Source of the DNA: Candidatus Poribacteria bacterium
GTDB lineage: Bacteria; Poribacteria; WGA-4E; PCPOR2b
DNA: 64,000 nt
Assembly (NCBI GenBank): GCA_965218095.1
Contig: OZ244587.1
Coordinates: 5,920,001-5,984,000 of the forward strand
Direction of reading: 5' to 3'
Position 1 is the first letter of the stretch; every line of letters starts with the position of its first letter. The position numbers and the translations under genes were made by a program. The notes under the pieces are model-generated. The model did no database searches and was not told the origin of the DNA. It saw only the letters and a list, made by a program, of their open reading frames with translations. Shown here piece by piece: positions 18,346 through 29,370 of this stretch.

Positions 18346-20358
18346 CTACTCTGCATTCTTGTTGTGGTGATTATTCAATCCCATTTCCTCCAACGAATTG
18401 GCAGTGATAATTTTCTGGAGAAAACCATCCACTTCCTCTATCCGATCAATAGCAAACACACGCTGAGGAATTTCAGATGGTAATTGACTAAATTTTATCT
18501 GCGACTGATCGAGTAGAGTCTCCTGTTTAATCTCTCGAGTCATCTTCCCTTCATACGTAAGTAACATGTTTCTCATCTCCTCTACAAATGGACTTGCCTG
18601 AACCAGAGCATCAAATCCCTGCTGCTCTGAACCTGAAATCCAGATAGGTCATCATCCTCAATTAATCGAGGGTGGTTCATAATTAAATTTAACGAAATAG
18701 AATAATGATGTGGGTCACATTTCTCAAAGGTAACCTCCAGATGGAATTCATCAACATCGCCAGTTGCAGCAGCATCACACCTAGTACCAAAAAGGTGACC
18801 CCATTCGCTTTGCCACTGACCGGCAGTTGCTTGTGGTTACTGGGTGTCGATAACAGCATCTTCAGCAAATCAAATATTGGCTCGATAGCCACCTAGCGTT
18901 GGCTCTGGTAGGCTTGCAACTCAGGTAGATTGAGATATTCAACGTAACGACTCCCTTTGTCACCGATTGCCCCAATCACCGGGGTGATTAGCAACACCCC
19001 CGCTTGTGCCAATGCCTCGGTTCGCCTCAAGTTCGGTGTACCCGGCATCGGCAACCAGATACCTGATATTCCGTTGAAGAAGTGGCACCGTTGTTTGGTC
19101 GAGAACTGCTTTTTCACTCACTGACGCCGTATCGGCTATACCCATTATTGGAAATCCGTATGCGGTCACGGTGGTATGAAGTCCATAGCCGTAAACCCAC
19201 CCGTGATACCCGCTCTTAGACCACGTGGCATCTCGGTCGAGATTTCTCACCCTCTCTGGCACTCGGTTTTGTTCTCGGTCTTTGTGGTGCCAAACAGGCC
19301 CTTTTAAACAAGTTCTTATCTTGATAAACCACTTCTCGGCTAAAGTCGTTCCCCAGAGGCGTCGCCCAATCCCCAAGGAAAGTGATAAATTCGGCGAGTT
19401 TGGGGGAAAGGGCTTTGTATCGCCGCAAAAGGGTCATCCGAGACGGGATTTTTTTGAGCTTGAGTGTGCAAAGCGCCAGCGGGTGGGCAATAAGCCACCG
19501 GTGTTGGACTCGAAATTCATTAAGTCCCTTGAGCGTCATGATGGCAAAAAAGACAATCAATGAGGCATCGGTATAGGCTTTGGAGCGCCCGGGCTTGTTG
19601 GGTTGCTTCGAGTCGGTTGCCACCTCAAAATCTTGTAGCCTTTGAAACAGAAATTGGATATAATCTGATTCGTCAGGATAACACATGTTAATCTCCTTTG
19701 ATTTAGATTAGACTCTATCAAAGGATAACCGTTATCCTGACTCAATTGCAATTATGTTCCACCCTCAATTAATCAAAAGCGATTGCCGCGCCTCATCCAC
19801 ATCACACCGTGCAATGCGAGACAGACATTCGTACTTCAAACGTGCTCTCGACCAATTCCCTCGTCTCATCTGAGAGGCAAAGGCAAAAGCGAGTGGATTG
19901 CTCGTTGCCAGATTTTGTGCCGAATCAAGCCCCGGCAGCCCGATTGCATCATAATCAAATTGGACAGACTGTTTTCCGGTTAGCTCTTCACGATGCGTTT
20001 CCCTCCATATCCCTTCTCCCTGCTTTTCGAAGTACAACACAATTGAGAATACCAAGATTTGGTGACGTAATCGCAAAGCGATGTAATAATTAAACATCCG
20101 CTCCGGAAAGTTGGTTGGATACCTGGATTCCGCCTCAATGTGAACAAGGATCACCAGTGGTCTACCTGAGACGGTTTCAACTTTTGCCAGCATATCAAGG
20201 ACCTTCCGTTCTCCCAGCGGGAGGTCTGTAAAGGTCTCTTTGTCTAAAAATTGTGCGCTCTCCGCATGGATTTCCTGGGCGAGCGCTTTCTGAAAGAGAT
20301 CCATGAACTCGGCAAAGAACGCAGTCAGAATGGTTTTAATCAATTGGACGTGATCCAT
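18346..20358 (-). pseudogene. Rpn/YhgA-like PD-(D/E)xK nuclease (putative transposase) interrupted by an IS
   Basis: Motifs DHVQLIK, FLDKETFTD, VHIEAES and FPERMFNY. The ORF stops at the IS junction; a C-terminal remnant lies at 18346-18660. Confidence 0.75.
18668..19766 (-). mobile_element. IS982/IS5-like DDE insertion sequence, defective (copy B1)
   Basis: Terminal inverted repeats GAGGGTGG..CATAATT and 8-bp duplication AATTAATC. The transposase is broken by frameshifts and a TAG. Near-identical to 36546-37643. Confidence 0.9.
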
Positions 20359-21149
20359 TAACTTCTCCTGAAGTTTTCATTTCTATGCCGCCAAGAGTTT
20401 ACCAGCACGAAAAGCTCCTCTAAGAAGACATTATAGTCGATCTGACCAATACCAATAATTTCCATTCTTTGGGCGATTGGCATCCCGATGGTGCGTGCGA
20501 GTTGTTGCTGCCGACGTATTGACAAGGCACGGCGGCGAGAGAGATACTCACGAATTGTGGACAATTCCATATCTGTCACCTGATCCAGTTGAATCCCATC
20601 CGCATAGCTAAACTGATGCTTTGCTGTAACATTGGCAGCTAGTTGGCTCGGATTGAGATCCGTATGTTCCCTGATAACAAGCGTTCCGGCAGCAAAGTCA
20701 CCGAGCCGCCGCCATTTTTTATCAATCATCATTGTGATAACGCCAATTCCATAGAACGCCGGGAGAAAATCGACAACCCGCACGAGATTCCGGATCGCCG
20801 AATCCGCAAAACTAATCGGGTAACCGTTCTCTTTAATGACCCGTAACTTTAGCAGGTGCTTTCCCGGCGATTGACCATTGCTAGTCAGATCAAACAGAAT
20901 ATAATATCCCCAAAGGCTGGCGAACGTGACGACACCGATTATAGCAACCAACCAATTGCCGATTTCGTTAGATAGGTCGAAACCAAGCGTCTCAATAATC
21001 ACAAGCCCACCGATGGTGACGACGAGAGTAATCAAAAAGGAGTCGATAAGTGATGCGCAAAAGCGGGAGCCGATTCCCGCGGTGTCGTAATTTAACTCGA
21101 TTTGCTCTGGCGTATCAATCGATAGTTGATTATTCATCATGAAACTCAT
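20358..21149 (-). CDS. RDD family membrane protein
   Basis: Motifs TPEQIEL, AGIGSRFCASLID, GQSPGK and RRLGDFAAGTLVI. Confidence 0.9.
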   Translation of the reverse strand: MSFMMNNQLSIDTPEQIELNYDTAGIGSRFCASLIDSFLITLVVTIGGLVIIETLGFDLSNEIGNWLVAIIGVVTFASLWGYYILFDLTSNGQSPGKHLLKLRVIKENGYPISFADSAIRNLVRVVDFLPAFYGIGVITMMIDKKWRRLGDFAAGTLVIREHTDLNPSQLAANVTAKHQFSYADGIQLDQVTDMELSTIREYLSRRRALSIRRQQQLARTIGMPIAQRMEIIGIGQIDYNVFLEELFVLVNSWRHRNENFRRS

Positions 21150-21194
21150 TGTGAGCTTGGAAACTTGAATCGGATATTGGAGGATTATAATCTA

Positions 21195-22055
21195 TCAAAC
21201 CTCCGGTTTTTGCGCTAAAATGCAAAATGAAGACGCACAGTTTGGATCTTGTTTTACAAGCCAGGGATCGAAGTATTTGAATGGCTGAAGCGCCCACGCT
21301 GTACACCATCGGGCGATGAATCCCAGTTTGCCGGAAAAAATCTCAGCAATCCGCTCAGAAAAGAGTGCGCCGGCTTTGAATGGTCCCGCGCTTGGGCCAA
21401 CTGCCACAACATCCAGATCACTAAACAAAGATTTGAATCCTTCCGCTGTGTAGCGAAAGTAATCATAGGGCTGACCGTGGATCGGGTATACAAATGGTAC
21501 GTTGCACCACATGACTCCCTTTGGTTTCAGTATTCGCGCAATTTCTTTGGCCACGCGAAAGGGTTCACGAATATGCTCAAAAACACTTGTACTACACACA
21601 GCGTCAAAAGAATTGTCTAAAAACGGAAGCCAGTAGGCATCTCCAACAACCTCGCAGTTATTGTGCGGTACAATGTCCAGACTGATCCAGTTGTCTGCGA
21701 TTCTACTGTGTCTGTATCCTGAACCAATGTTCAAGATGGTTCCCTGCCCGATTAATTCGTTGAAACGATTGCGATAGGAGCTTCCTATATTTGTTACATT
21801 CGTCTTTGGCATCTTGCGGGCTTCTCGGTAGCCCTTTTTCCTTGTTCCCACAGGTTCCGTTCTTTGCCAACTGCCGTAATTTTCCCGCATGAATTTGGAA
21901 TCGAAGGAGAGCAAAATGGGCAGGTTCTTATCAGCAACTACAGGATACCCACGACGACACGCCGAACAACATAGATGGTCGTCTGCCACGTTCAATTTTT
22001 GTTTGCAATCCGGGCATGCAATCCTTTTGGCCACTTTATCTGGAATATTCATCAA
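21195..22055 (-). CDS. Class I SAM methyltransferase with a Trm112-like zinc-ribbon N-terminus
   Basis: CPDC...CSAC, ILNIGSG, LPFLDNSFDAV, FEHI and HGQPYDYFRYT. Confidence 0.85.
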   Translation of the reverse strand: MMNIPDKVAKRIACPDCKQKLNVADDHLCCSACRRGYPVVADKNLPILLSFDSKFMRENYGSWQRTEPVGTRKKGYREARKMPKTNVTNIGSSYRNRFNELIGQGTILNIGSGYRHSRIADNWISLDIVPHNNCEVVGDAYWLPFLDNSFDAVCSTSVFEHIREPFRVAKEIARILKPKGVMWCNVPFVYPIHGQPYDYFRYTAEGFKSLFSDLDVVAVGPSAGPFKAGALFSERIAEIFSGKLGFIARWCTAWALQPFKYFDPWLVKQDPNCASSFCILAQKPEV

Positions 22056-22224
22056 TTTTTTCCTTTAGTTGAAACTGTTGTCTACTTTTCGTTTTGTCGA
22101 TCCAGATCCGTCTTCGAGAGAGTCCATTTTGGGGTAAATGCCTTGAAAATCCGATGATTTTGACCCTCAAATGACCAAAAAATGGCTTTGACACCTACTT
22201 TTCAAACAGGCTCTTAGTATCATC

Positions 22225-23187
22225 ATGACATTAGAAGAATTCGTAAATGAAAAACGGAGTAGTTGGTCAGAACTTACCGATCTGTTGACTCGAATCAAAT
22301 CCGGGAATATGCCAGTTCTATCAGCCGCTGAACTGGATCGATTAGGCTCCCTATACCGCCGCGTGACCTCCGATCTGGCAATTGCGAGGCGAGATTTCCC
22401 AAATGAGCGTGTGGTCAGATACCTGAACGATCTGGCGTCTCGGACACATGCGAATGTCTACCAAACGCAACCCCTTCAAAAGAATGCGTTTCGGGATTTT
22501 TTTCTGTCTGGGTTCCCTCAGTTGTTTCGTGAGGACATCATTTTCATCGGGATAGCGTTCCTACTCTTTGCCCTCGCCTTCACGACAACCTATCTCGCGG
22601 TTTGGGCTGAACCTGAGTTGGGTGAACGCCTTGTACCGAGCCACCTCGTCGAAACGATTCAGCGCAAGGAGATGTGGGCGGATATCCCTGAAGAACAAAG
22701 AAACATCGCGGCGTCCTTCATCATGACCAACAACATTCAGGTAGCTTTCCTGGCGTTTGCGCTGGGCATCACGTTTACGCTTGGAACAGTATATATTTTG
22801 CTTTTCAACGGCGCGTTAATTGGAGCGGTTGGTGGTTTATGTCACGTTCATGGACTCGCGCTTCCGCTCTGGTCATTTGTCTCGCCGCACGGCTACATCG
22901 AGTTGACCGTGATCTTTATCGCTGGTGGCGCGGGGCTAAAAATGGGATACGCCCTGATTGCGCCCAAACTTTTTACCCGAAAACACGCCCTAACCGGCGC
23001 TGCCAAGGATGCGGTGAAGTTGATTGGCGGCTGTGTGCCGTTGCTGGTCCTTGCTGGCACAATTGAGGGATTTGTGTCGCCTTCCGGTCTGCCTCCACTG
23101 GTCAAGATTGTGTTAGGAGTGGTGAGTGGGTTGTTGTTGTATAGTTACCTGATTCTTGTCAGAAATAGAAGCGTGCACGCTAATTGA
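22225..23187 (+). CDS. Stage II sporulation protein M (SpoIIM-like) membrane protein
   Basis: Motifs LYRRVTSDLA, IMTNNIQVAF, PHGYIEL and AGTIEGFVSP. Confidence 0.9.
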   Translation: MTLEEFVNEKRSSWSELTDLLTRIKSGNMPVLSAAELDRLGSLYRRVTSDLAIARRDFPNERVVRYLNDLASRTHANVYQTQPLQKNAFRDFFLSGFPQLFREDIIFIGIAFLLFALAFTTTYLAVWAEPELGERLVPSHLVETIQRKEMWADIPEEQRNIAASFIMTNNIQVAFLAFALGITFTLGTVYILLFNGALIGAVGGLCHVHGLALPLWSFVSPHGYIELTVIFIAGGAGLKMGYALIAPKLFTRKHALTGAAKDAVKLIGGCVPLLVLAGTIEGFVSPSGLPPLVKIVLGVVSGLLLYSYLILVRNRSVHAN

Positions 23188-23634
23188 CTAAAAATCAGTA
23201 TCGTACACCCTGTGAGCCTGGGGCTGATTGTAGCAACTGCACAGAATGCGGCGTTCGACGGGTTGGATTGAGATTTCGGGTTGGTTAGTTTCTTTGGTCA
23301 TGAGGATCCTTTTGCGTTAACTTGGAAATGCCCAACACAATGCAAATTCGATTCAGGCAAAAAGTGGGATAATATCCTTATATGCCTACAATTATGATTT
23401 CTACCCGTCGGTTCTCTGGCTCACTCTCCTCATCGGCGGTTAACTCAGGCAAGCCACTTTTTCCTTATTTATCCATGGTTTATCTCTCCTGTGGAAAAAT
23501 AATTTGAAACGATAACTTACCACCGTGCCCGCAACTCATGTACCCACATCACCTCATCCCCGCGGGGGCAATTGTCTTCACCACGATACCACCAATGAGA
23601 CAACCCCTGTCCTCCGCCTCGAAACGCGCACGCC

Positions 23635-24018
23635 CTATTCCCATTTTCTGGCCAGGTAACGCTTGACCCATTGTGACACATCCAGGTAGGGATGCGTCAC
23701 CGCCCGCTTGCCCGGGGCCCATCGGACGACACAATATTCGCCGGTCTCCGATTGAGATTGAGTATCAAACACATGACTCTCAAACCCATCATCGTGAGAG
23801 AGTAGAAATGAATCGGGTAAAAATTCAGCAATTTTGTAGGCTCTGGTTTCGATTAAACTCCCAATCCCCTCGACTGTTCTTTGGGTCCCGAACAACTCAT
23901 CAGATTCGTAGAGGAGCACGCCGTTGCTAAATTTCAGAAACGCGACATACGAATCGGGGAGTTTCAGATGGAATGTCTTTCTTAATAAAACTGTATTGGT
24001 CAGGAAGATGGCAGACAA
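23635..24018 (-). CDS. SMI1/KNR4 family protein (possibly 5'-truncated)
   Basis: Signature LKLPDSYVAFLKFSNG, then FDT...GEYCVVRW. Confidence 0.65.
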   Translation of the reverse strand: MSAIFLTNTVLLRKTFHLKLPDSYVAFLKFSNGVLLYESDELFGTQRTVEGIGSLIETRAYKIAEFLPDSFLLSHDDGFESHVFDTQSQSETGEYCVVRWAPGKRAVTHPYLDVSQWVKRYLARKWE

Positions 24019-24161
24019 TTTGCGGCTTGGATTTGGCGAGCAAAAGTGTCGATCATCCCATTGACCATTACACTTTCTTAATAAAATGGATTAATTCATT
24101 CATCGGATTGTATTGGAATCATCGAAAACATGAGTAGCAACCCAATAACCGAATCGTTCCC

Positions 24162-25478
24162 TCAAATCCGAGATTTCGCCTTCAGTTCAAGGTATTTGTT
24201 AATCACCGCCATCGTCAACTGGTGCGCCGGAACATCGAGGGCGATTGCCCCTCGCTTCACAAGGACTTCCAAGGCTTCTTGCTTTTCGTGCAGCAATTTT
24301 TCGGCAATCGCTTTTTGATAAACCGACTTTGAATCCGTGAGAGGTTGTTGCGCCAGCGCCAAAATATTGGAGTCACTCAGCGTCACGCAGATCACAAGGT
24401 GGCGTCTCCTGAATTGTATTATGTAGTTCGATAGTGTCCGCGCGGATTCGTTGTCAAGGATGTCGGTGAAGAGGATGAACAACGCCCGTTTTCTCTGCTT
24501 CGACGCCAGGTACGCAAAAGCGTTCTCAAAACTTGGTTCAATCCACTGCACCCGGACATCATATAGCAGTTCAAGCATTGCGTGAAACTGCTTCTTGCCG
24601 GGCTTTGGGGGAAGATATTGGTGAACCATATCTGAAAACGTGATCAATCCCACTTTATCGCCCTTCAGCGTGGAAACGTAACTGGTCATGAGGCTCGTAT
24701 TGATGGCGTAGTCGAGTTTAACGAGATCGCCAATCGGTGAAGCCATCAATCTGCCCGTGTCGAGCATGAGGATAACCTCCTGGCTGCGTTCCGTCTCAAA
24801 CTCGCGTACGATCGGTTTGTGACGCCGTGATGTTGCTTTCCAGTCAATCCGGCGGAAATCGTCATCGGGGTGATATTCCCGCAGACGTTCGATTTCCGTC
24901 CCTTCCCCAAAGCGGCGTGAATGCTTGAGCCCGATCTCGTGCAGCATACCCCGCCGAACCAGTAATTCGTATTTTCGCACCTCCAGCAGGTTCGGATAGA
25001 CCTTCACCTCTGCCTGCGACGGAGATCGACGTTGGCAGATAATCAGCCCCAAAACGCCCCAACATCGCAGGTGAATGTCCCCAAAGCTGTAAAGTCCACG
25101 CCGGAGGGGTTTGAGATGATAAGTCAGCGTGTGTGTCGAACGCGGCTCAATCTGAAATTCATGAACGACTAGCCCAGAAGCTATCCACGATTTTCGTGGA
25201 TAGTCGTCTCTAAGATGAATTCGTAACGTATAGCGCGAACGGTTAGTGATACGAATCGTGACCAGATTATCGGCGCCGAGTGAGAATTTTGAGTCTATTT
25301 CACGGATAAGGTCGATCGCTTTGAACAGCGGCGAGGTGAGATAATCGAGCGTGCCAACGCCGAGCAGCACCAACAAATATCCGAAGCTAACGTACAACAA
25401 ATTTGGCGAAACACGGTAAAACGCAATCGGAATCGCGGCGATCAGCAGCAAAAGCACAGCACGGTTGCTCAGTTGCAT
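24162..25478 (-). CDS. DUF58 family protein (vWA-like MoxR partner)
   Basis: Motifs RRGLYSFG, VKVYP, LREYHPDDDFRRIDWKATSR and LDTGRLM. Confidence 0.9.
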   Translation of the reverse strand: MQLSNRAVLLLLIAAIPIAFYRVSPNLLYVSFGYLLVLLGVGTLDYLTSPLFKAIDLIREIDSKFSLGADNLVTIRITNRSRYTLRIHLRDDYPRKSWIASGLVVHEFQIEPRSTHTLTYHLKPLRRGLYSFGDIHLRCWGVLGLIICQRRSPSQAEVKVYPNLLEVRKYELLVRRGMLHEIGLKHSRRFGEGTEIERLREYHPDDDFRRIDWKATSRRHKPIVREFETERSQEVILMLDTGRLMASPIGDLVKLDYAINTSLMTSYVSTLKGDKVGLITFSDMVHQYLPPKPGKKQFHAMLELLYDVRVQWIEPSFENAFAYLASKQRKRALFILFTDILDNESARTLSNYIIQFRRRHLVICVTLSDSNILALAQQPLTDSKSVYQKAIAEKLLHEKQEALEVLVKRGAIALDVPAHQLTMAVINKYLELKAKSRI

Positions 25479-25540
25479 TAGTTCACCTCGTCTGCCACTA
25501 ACCTTCCAAAGGTTTGAAACCTTCGGAAGGTTGGCGGTTC

Positions 25541-26494
25541 TTATCTTGGCACTTCAATCGATGACAGCAATCTCTCAATGACGTGATCGGGCGTCAATCC
25601 CTCGATCTCCGCCTCTGGCTTGAGGATGATGCGATGACGATAAACATGGGGAGCTAGAAACTTTACGTCGTCAGGGATGAGGTAATCTCGTCCTTGCATT
25701 GCCGCATAAGTTTTCCCCGCTGAAAACAGCATAATCGACGCACGCGGACTGCCTCCCAGTATTAAATCGCTCGATTGGCGCGACGCTTCAGCCAGATCGA
25801 TGACATAATTGAAAATCGCTTCCTCGACTGTTACTCGCTGAATCTCCGCTCGGCATTGTTGGAGCAACTCGCTATCTATCATCGCTTCGACGCCGACCTC
25901 CTCAAGCACGTGCGCATCAAAGCCATTATGGTAATTAAGCAAGATTTGCCGTTCCATTTCTCGCCCCGGATAATCAACCAACAACTTGAAAAAAAATCGA
26001 TCCAGTTGCGCTTCGGGAAGTGGGTAAGTCCCTTCGTACTCCACCGGATTTTGCGTTGCCAAAACCATGAACGGTTGACCCAGCTCATGGCGAATCCCGT
26101 CAATGGTGACCTGACGTTCCTCCATGCACTCCAACAAGGCTGCTTGGGTTTTCGCGGGTGCCCGGTTAATCTCATCTGCCAGCAGGACATTTGTAAAGAT
26201 AGGTCCACGCTTGAGATTAAATTGATTCGTGGCGAGATCATAAACGCTCGTGCCAAGGATATCGGACGGCATGAGATCTGGCGTAAATTGTACCCGTGTA
26301 AATTCGCCAGACACAATCAGAGCTAAAGTCTTCGCGATCAAGGTTTTCGCGGTGCCGGGAACACCCTCCAGCAAGACATGTCCGCCTGACAAAAAGCTGA
26401 CCACCACTAATTCAAAGAGCTCTTCCTGCCCCACGATGACCTTTTGGGATTCAGCCTTAATCTTGTCGAACAAGGATTGTGCTAGAATGGACAT
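25541..26494 (-). CDS. MoxR family AAA+ ATPase
   Basis: Motifs [34 protein letters not shown] and [13 protein letters not shown]. Confidence 0.95.
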   Translation of the reverse strand: MSILAQSLFDKIKAESQKVIVGQEELFELVVVSFLSGGHVLLEGVPGTAKTLIAKTLALIVSGEFTRVQFTPDLMPSDILGTSVYDLATNQFNLKRGPIFTNVLLADEINRAPAKTQAALLECMEERQVTIDGIRHELGQPFMVLATQNPVEYEGTYPLPEAQLDRFFFKLLVDYPGREMERQILLNYHNGFDAHVLEEVGVEAMIDSELLQQCRAEIQRVTVEEAIFNYVIDLAEASRQSSDLILGGSPRASIMLFSAGKTYAAMQGRDYLIPDDVKFLAPHVYRHRIILKPEAEIEGLTPDHVIERLLSSIEVPR

Positions 26495-26619
26495 ATTGAG
26501 AAGTTCTCCATGCGTGGAACGTAAAACGTGAAGCATATTGCGTAAATGGAAGCAATGGATGCGCGAAGTTGAAATTAACCAATCTCCATTCCCCTCCCCT
26601 CACGTGCTCCCTTTCTTCC

Positions 26620-27265
26620 GGTCACAGTATGCATCAACCTTTTGGGCGAGTGTCAGAAGGCGCAACTCGGACAGCGGTGCCAGCCGATCTAGTTCCATCA
26701 AGAGTCTTTAAAGTTCGTCGGGGTCAATTTCTTTTCGCCTAGCAATTTCCGATATACAAAGCTGGGTGTATCCAACATCGGATTGATATGCCATTGCGCC
26801 GCCAAGTTGCGACGAAATTCATCTTGGATATGCTTCAAGGTCGCGGAACGTTTTCCGCTTTTCTGGTAGAGATGCGCCATCGCACGCACATATTCCGATG
26901 AAAGCCGCCTGTGCCGGTGCGTCATGCGGTTGCAATAGAAACAAGGCAGTCAACTCGTCAGGCAGCGTATACGGTTCAGCATGTATCCGCTCAAGGCGAA
27001 AATCAAACTTTTCCAGGAGATCATAGAACACTTTCGTCCCATCTGAATAATCTGAATACGTTGAATATGGCACGTCGGCTGACGTGTTCGGCCTCAGGCG
27101 AGACAGCACGAAAAACATGATCGCAATCAGACTGACAAATAATACTATGACGAGGAGTATGTCTCTGGAAATTGTTATGGGGCGTATTGCGTAATGCGTG
27201 AATGAATGAATGAACCCTTGAACCACTGAAGGCTTAAACAGAGTTCTCGTACGCCAATCTGCCAA
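26620..27265 (-). pseudogene. DUF4350-like membrane protein remnant
   Basis: Transmembrane helix plus PYSTYSDYSDGTKVFY; C-terminal SEYVRAMAHLYQK in another frame. Most of the middle is missing. Confidence 0.55.
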
Positions 27266-27779
27266 CGGACAGCCTCGTACACCTTTTGCAGAAGACCGCG
27301 GTATGCAGTCACTGTTTCTTCATCGAACGGTTTGTATCCATACCAAACCTCATCGAAAGCATGGATAACCGGGCGCAATGCAGCACGCGATGTAACCGGC
27401 GAATCTTCAGTTGATTGAGGCATTTCTTCCTCGGTGCCGCTGATGAAATGATGACGAATCTGCCGGGCAAAAAAGGCAACCACCGCTATCAGGGCAAGCA
27501 CTCCGGCGGTCAAGAGAATGGCATTGAGCAGCCGCCAATTGCCCACGTTGTCAAAAGGTTTAAAAAACTGAGAAAGCCACCGCCACAGACTGAATCTTGG
27601 CTTTCGATCCAGGAGCTCGGACAAGGTCTTCTGAATTGTTCAAATGATAAATCTGCCTGATTGGTTCTAGCGATGAGTTCCTCGCGGAATGCGCGCATTG
27701 CGGTATCGCTGTCCTGTCCGCGAGCGATTGTTGGACACAATAAGGCGGATGCCAACAAGACCGATAGCAAGATTACCAC
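27246..27779 (-). pseudogene. DUF4129-like protein remnant
   Basis: Signal peptide frame 27779-27510, then transmembrane helix and FDEVWYG motif in another frame. Confidence 0.55.
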
Positions 27780-27821
27780 ACTATATCTTCTAGCACATTT
27801 GATAAGATTGGGAGTACATGA

Positions 27822-28238
27822 CTATTTCTTAACAACCAAACAACCAGTGATAATGTCGTGAAAGGCTTGCTTTTTTTCAGTAAATGCTGCCATGAAGAAG
27901 CCAATAAGCAGAATTACAGACGAGATGATTTTCCCGAAATACCTTCCGGTTGCGCGCCCAAAGGAGATCTTGTTCCCGTTTAAATCGGTAACGATAATTC
28001 CAATTGCCATTTTACCGAGCGTTGCTTGATTATCAGAACATTCCATCCCTGCAAAATAAAGCTATCCAATCACGGCACCCACAACACCACTGACATCTCC
28101 AATTATTGCATGGACAACAACATGAACAATACCGCCGACATCTCCAGTTATTGCACGGACAACAACATAAACAACACCGAGAAGAAGACCATCAAGCAGC
28201 ACTGCTAAAAACCGCTTCCAGAAGCCGGTATACGTCAC
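27822..28238 (-). pseudogene. RDD family protein with an in-frame TAG
   Basis: YTGFWKRFLAVLLD...G*LYFAGMECS, then QATLGKMAIGI, RATGRYFGK and KQAFHD. Confidence 0.75.
28081..28179. repeat. 45-bp imperfect tandem repeat (about 2.2 copies) inside the RDD gene
   Basis: ACAACACCACTGACATCTCCAATTATTGCATGGACAACAACATGA followed by ACAATACCGCCGACATCTCCAGTTATTGCACGGACAACAACATAA. Confidence 0.8.
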
Positions 28239-28252
28239 TTCTCTTGACGAAT

Positions 28253-29149
28253 CTACAGGTTGTTGAATGTCTGCCGCTGTTGTAGTATCTGCCTGGAGCC
28301 TAGCACCACAGGCTTGAAAAACCTCGCTTGGCTATCGCTTTCTCTTTGACCCGTTGGACATATGATAACACCATTAACATTCTTCGCCATCATTTCGATG
28401 TCGAATGCCTTTTTGCGGATGCGGAGATCGAAATACAAGAGCGTAGTATCAATCAACGCGATTGGGATCGTGATAATGAACAGGACAATTACCAGGCCGG
28501 ACTCTAGAATCTGTACAATCACCGGGTCTCTTCCCATGATCGCCCCTAAGATCGCCGTTAAAATAGATGGGGGCATCTGTGAGATTAAAGTTACCAAAAT
28601 CCACAGCACCAACCCAATACCAAACACACGCCACCACGAACCTTTGACCAACTCACTACTCCGCCTGAGAGAACCGACAGCATTGTAACCTTCGACCATG
28701 ATGCACGGGCAAAATAAACTCCATCGAACAGCAAAATATATGGCGAAAGGTATGCCTATAACTTACCTTTTACATTATTTCGGAACAGTTTTTCTAATTT
28801 TTAGATCCAGTCGTAGCAAAGGTTCCCAACATCTCAATTCGATAGATTGCCACATCACCGCAAAGGTCGTGTTTCTCAAGTGAAACGGCCGATTATTAGA
28901 TCTGTGCTACGTGCGGGTTCGGACTCCGAAATTAAAAAAACTTCCTCGGGATTACGCGAAAGGTCAGTACAAAGCTACCGTTATTCCGATAAATAATCGA
29001 AAATTGCTGCGATATAGGCTGAACGTGGTGTCCAGAATATCCGCGAACCCCATTTCACGCAGCGGTCGTCCTGTTGTGGTTGGCGGGCCCGAACCATCAC
29101 CTGTATTTCCTGATGAACCCGCCGACGCATTATGAGTTTGATCTAACAT
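28253..29149 (-). pseudogene. Integral membrane protein of the MoxR cluster, fragmented
   Basis: N-terminal LREMGFADILDTTFSLYRSNF and C-terminal SLRRSSELVKGSWWRVFG...LLYFDLRIRK are separated by unrelated sequence. Confidence 0.65.
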
Positions 29150-29285
29150 TTTTTCCTCCTCAGTACATAAGGTTTCGTTGGACTTCTCACGCAGGTCTAA
29201 CGGATGCAAGTTCAGTCCAACATAACTATTTTTCATCTTATCACACTGTCCATGGAATTGCAAGGATTAAAGCGCGGAATTCTTG

Positions 29286-29314
29286 TTGACACTTCTGCGG
29301 AAACGGGCTATAAT
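29286..29314 (+). promoter_or_regulatory. Consensus sigma70 promoter of the acyl-CoA ligase gene
   Basis: TTGACA-17 bp-TATAAT, an exact consensus match. Confidence 0.8.
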
Positions 29315-29370
29315 TCAATAAGGATAATTGGTAACGGACAAATCAGATACGCAATACGGAGAGATCGACC

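Noticed and set aside
28081-28179. Possible CRISPR-like repeat
   Set aside because: It has only about two contiguous 45-bp units, no spacers and no cas genes, and it is an in-frame duplication inside an RDD gene.
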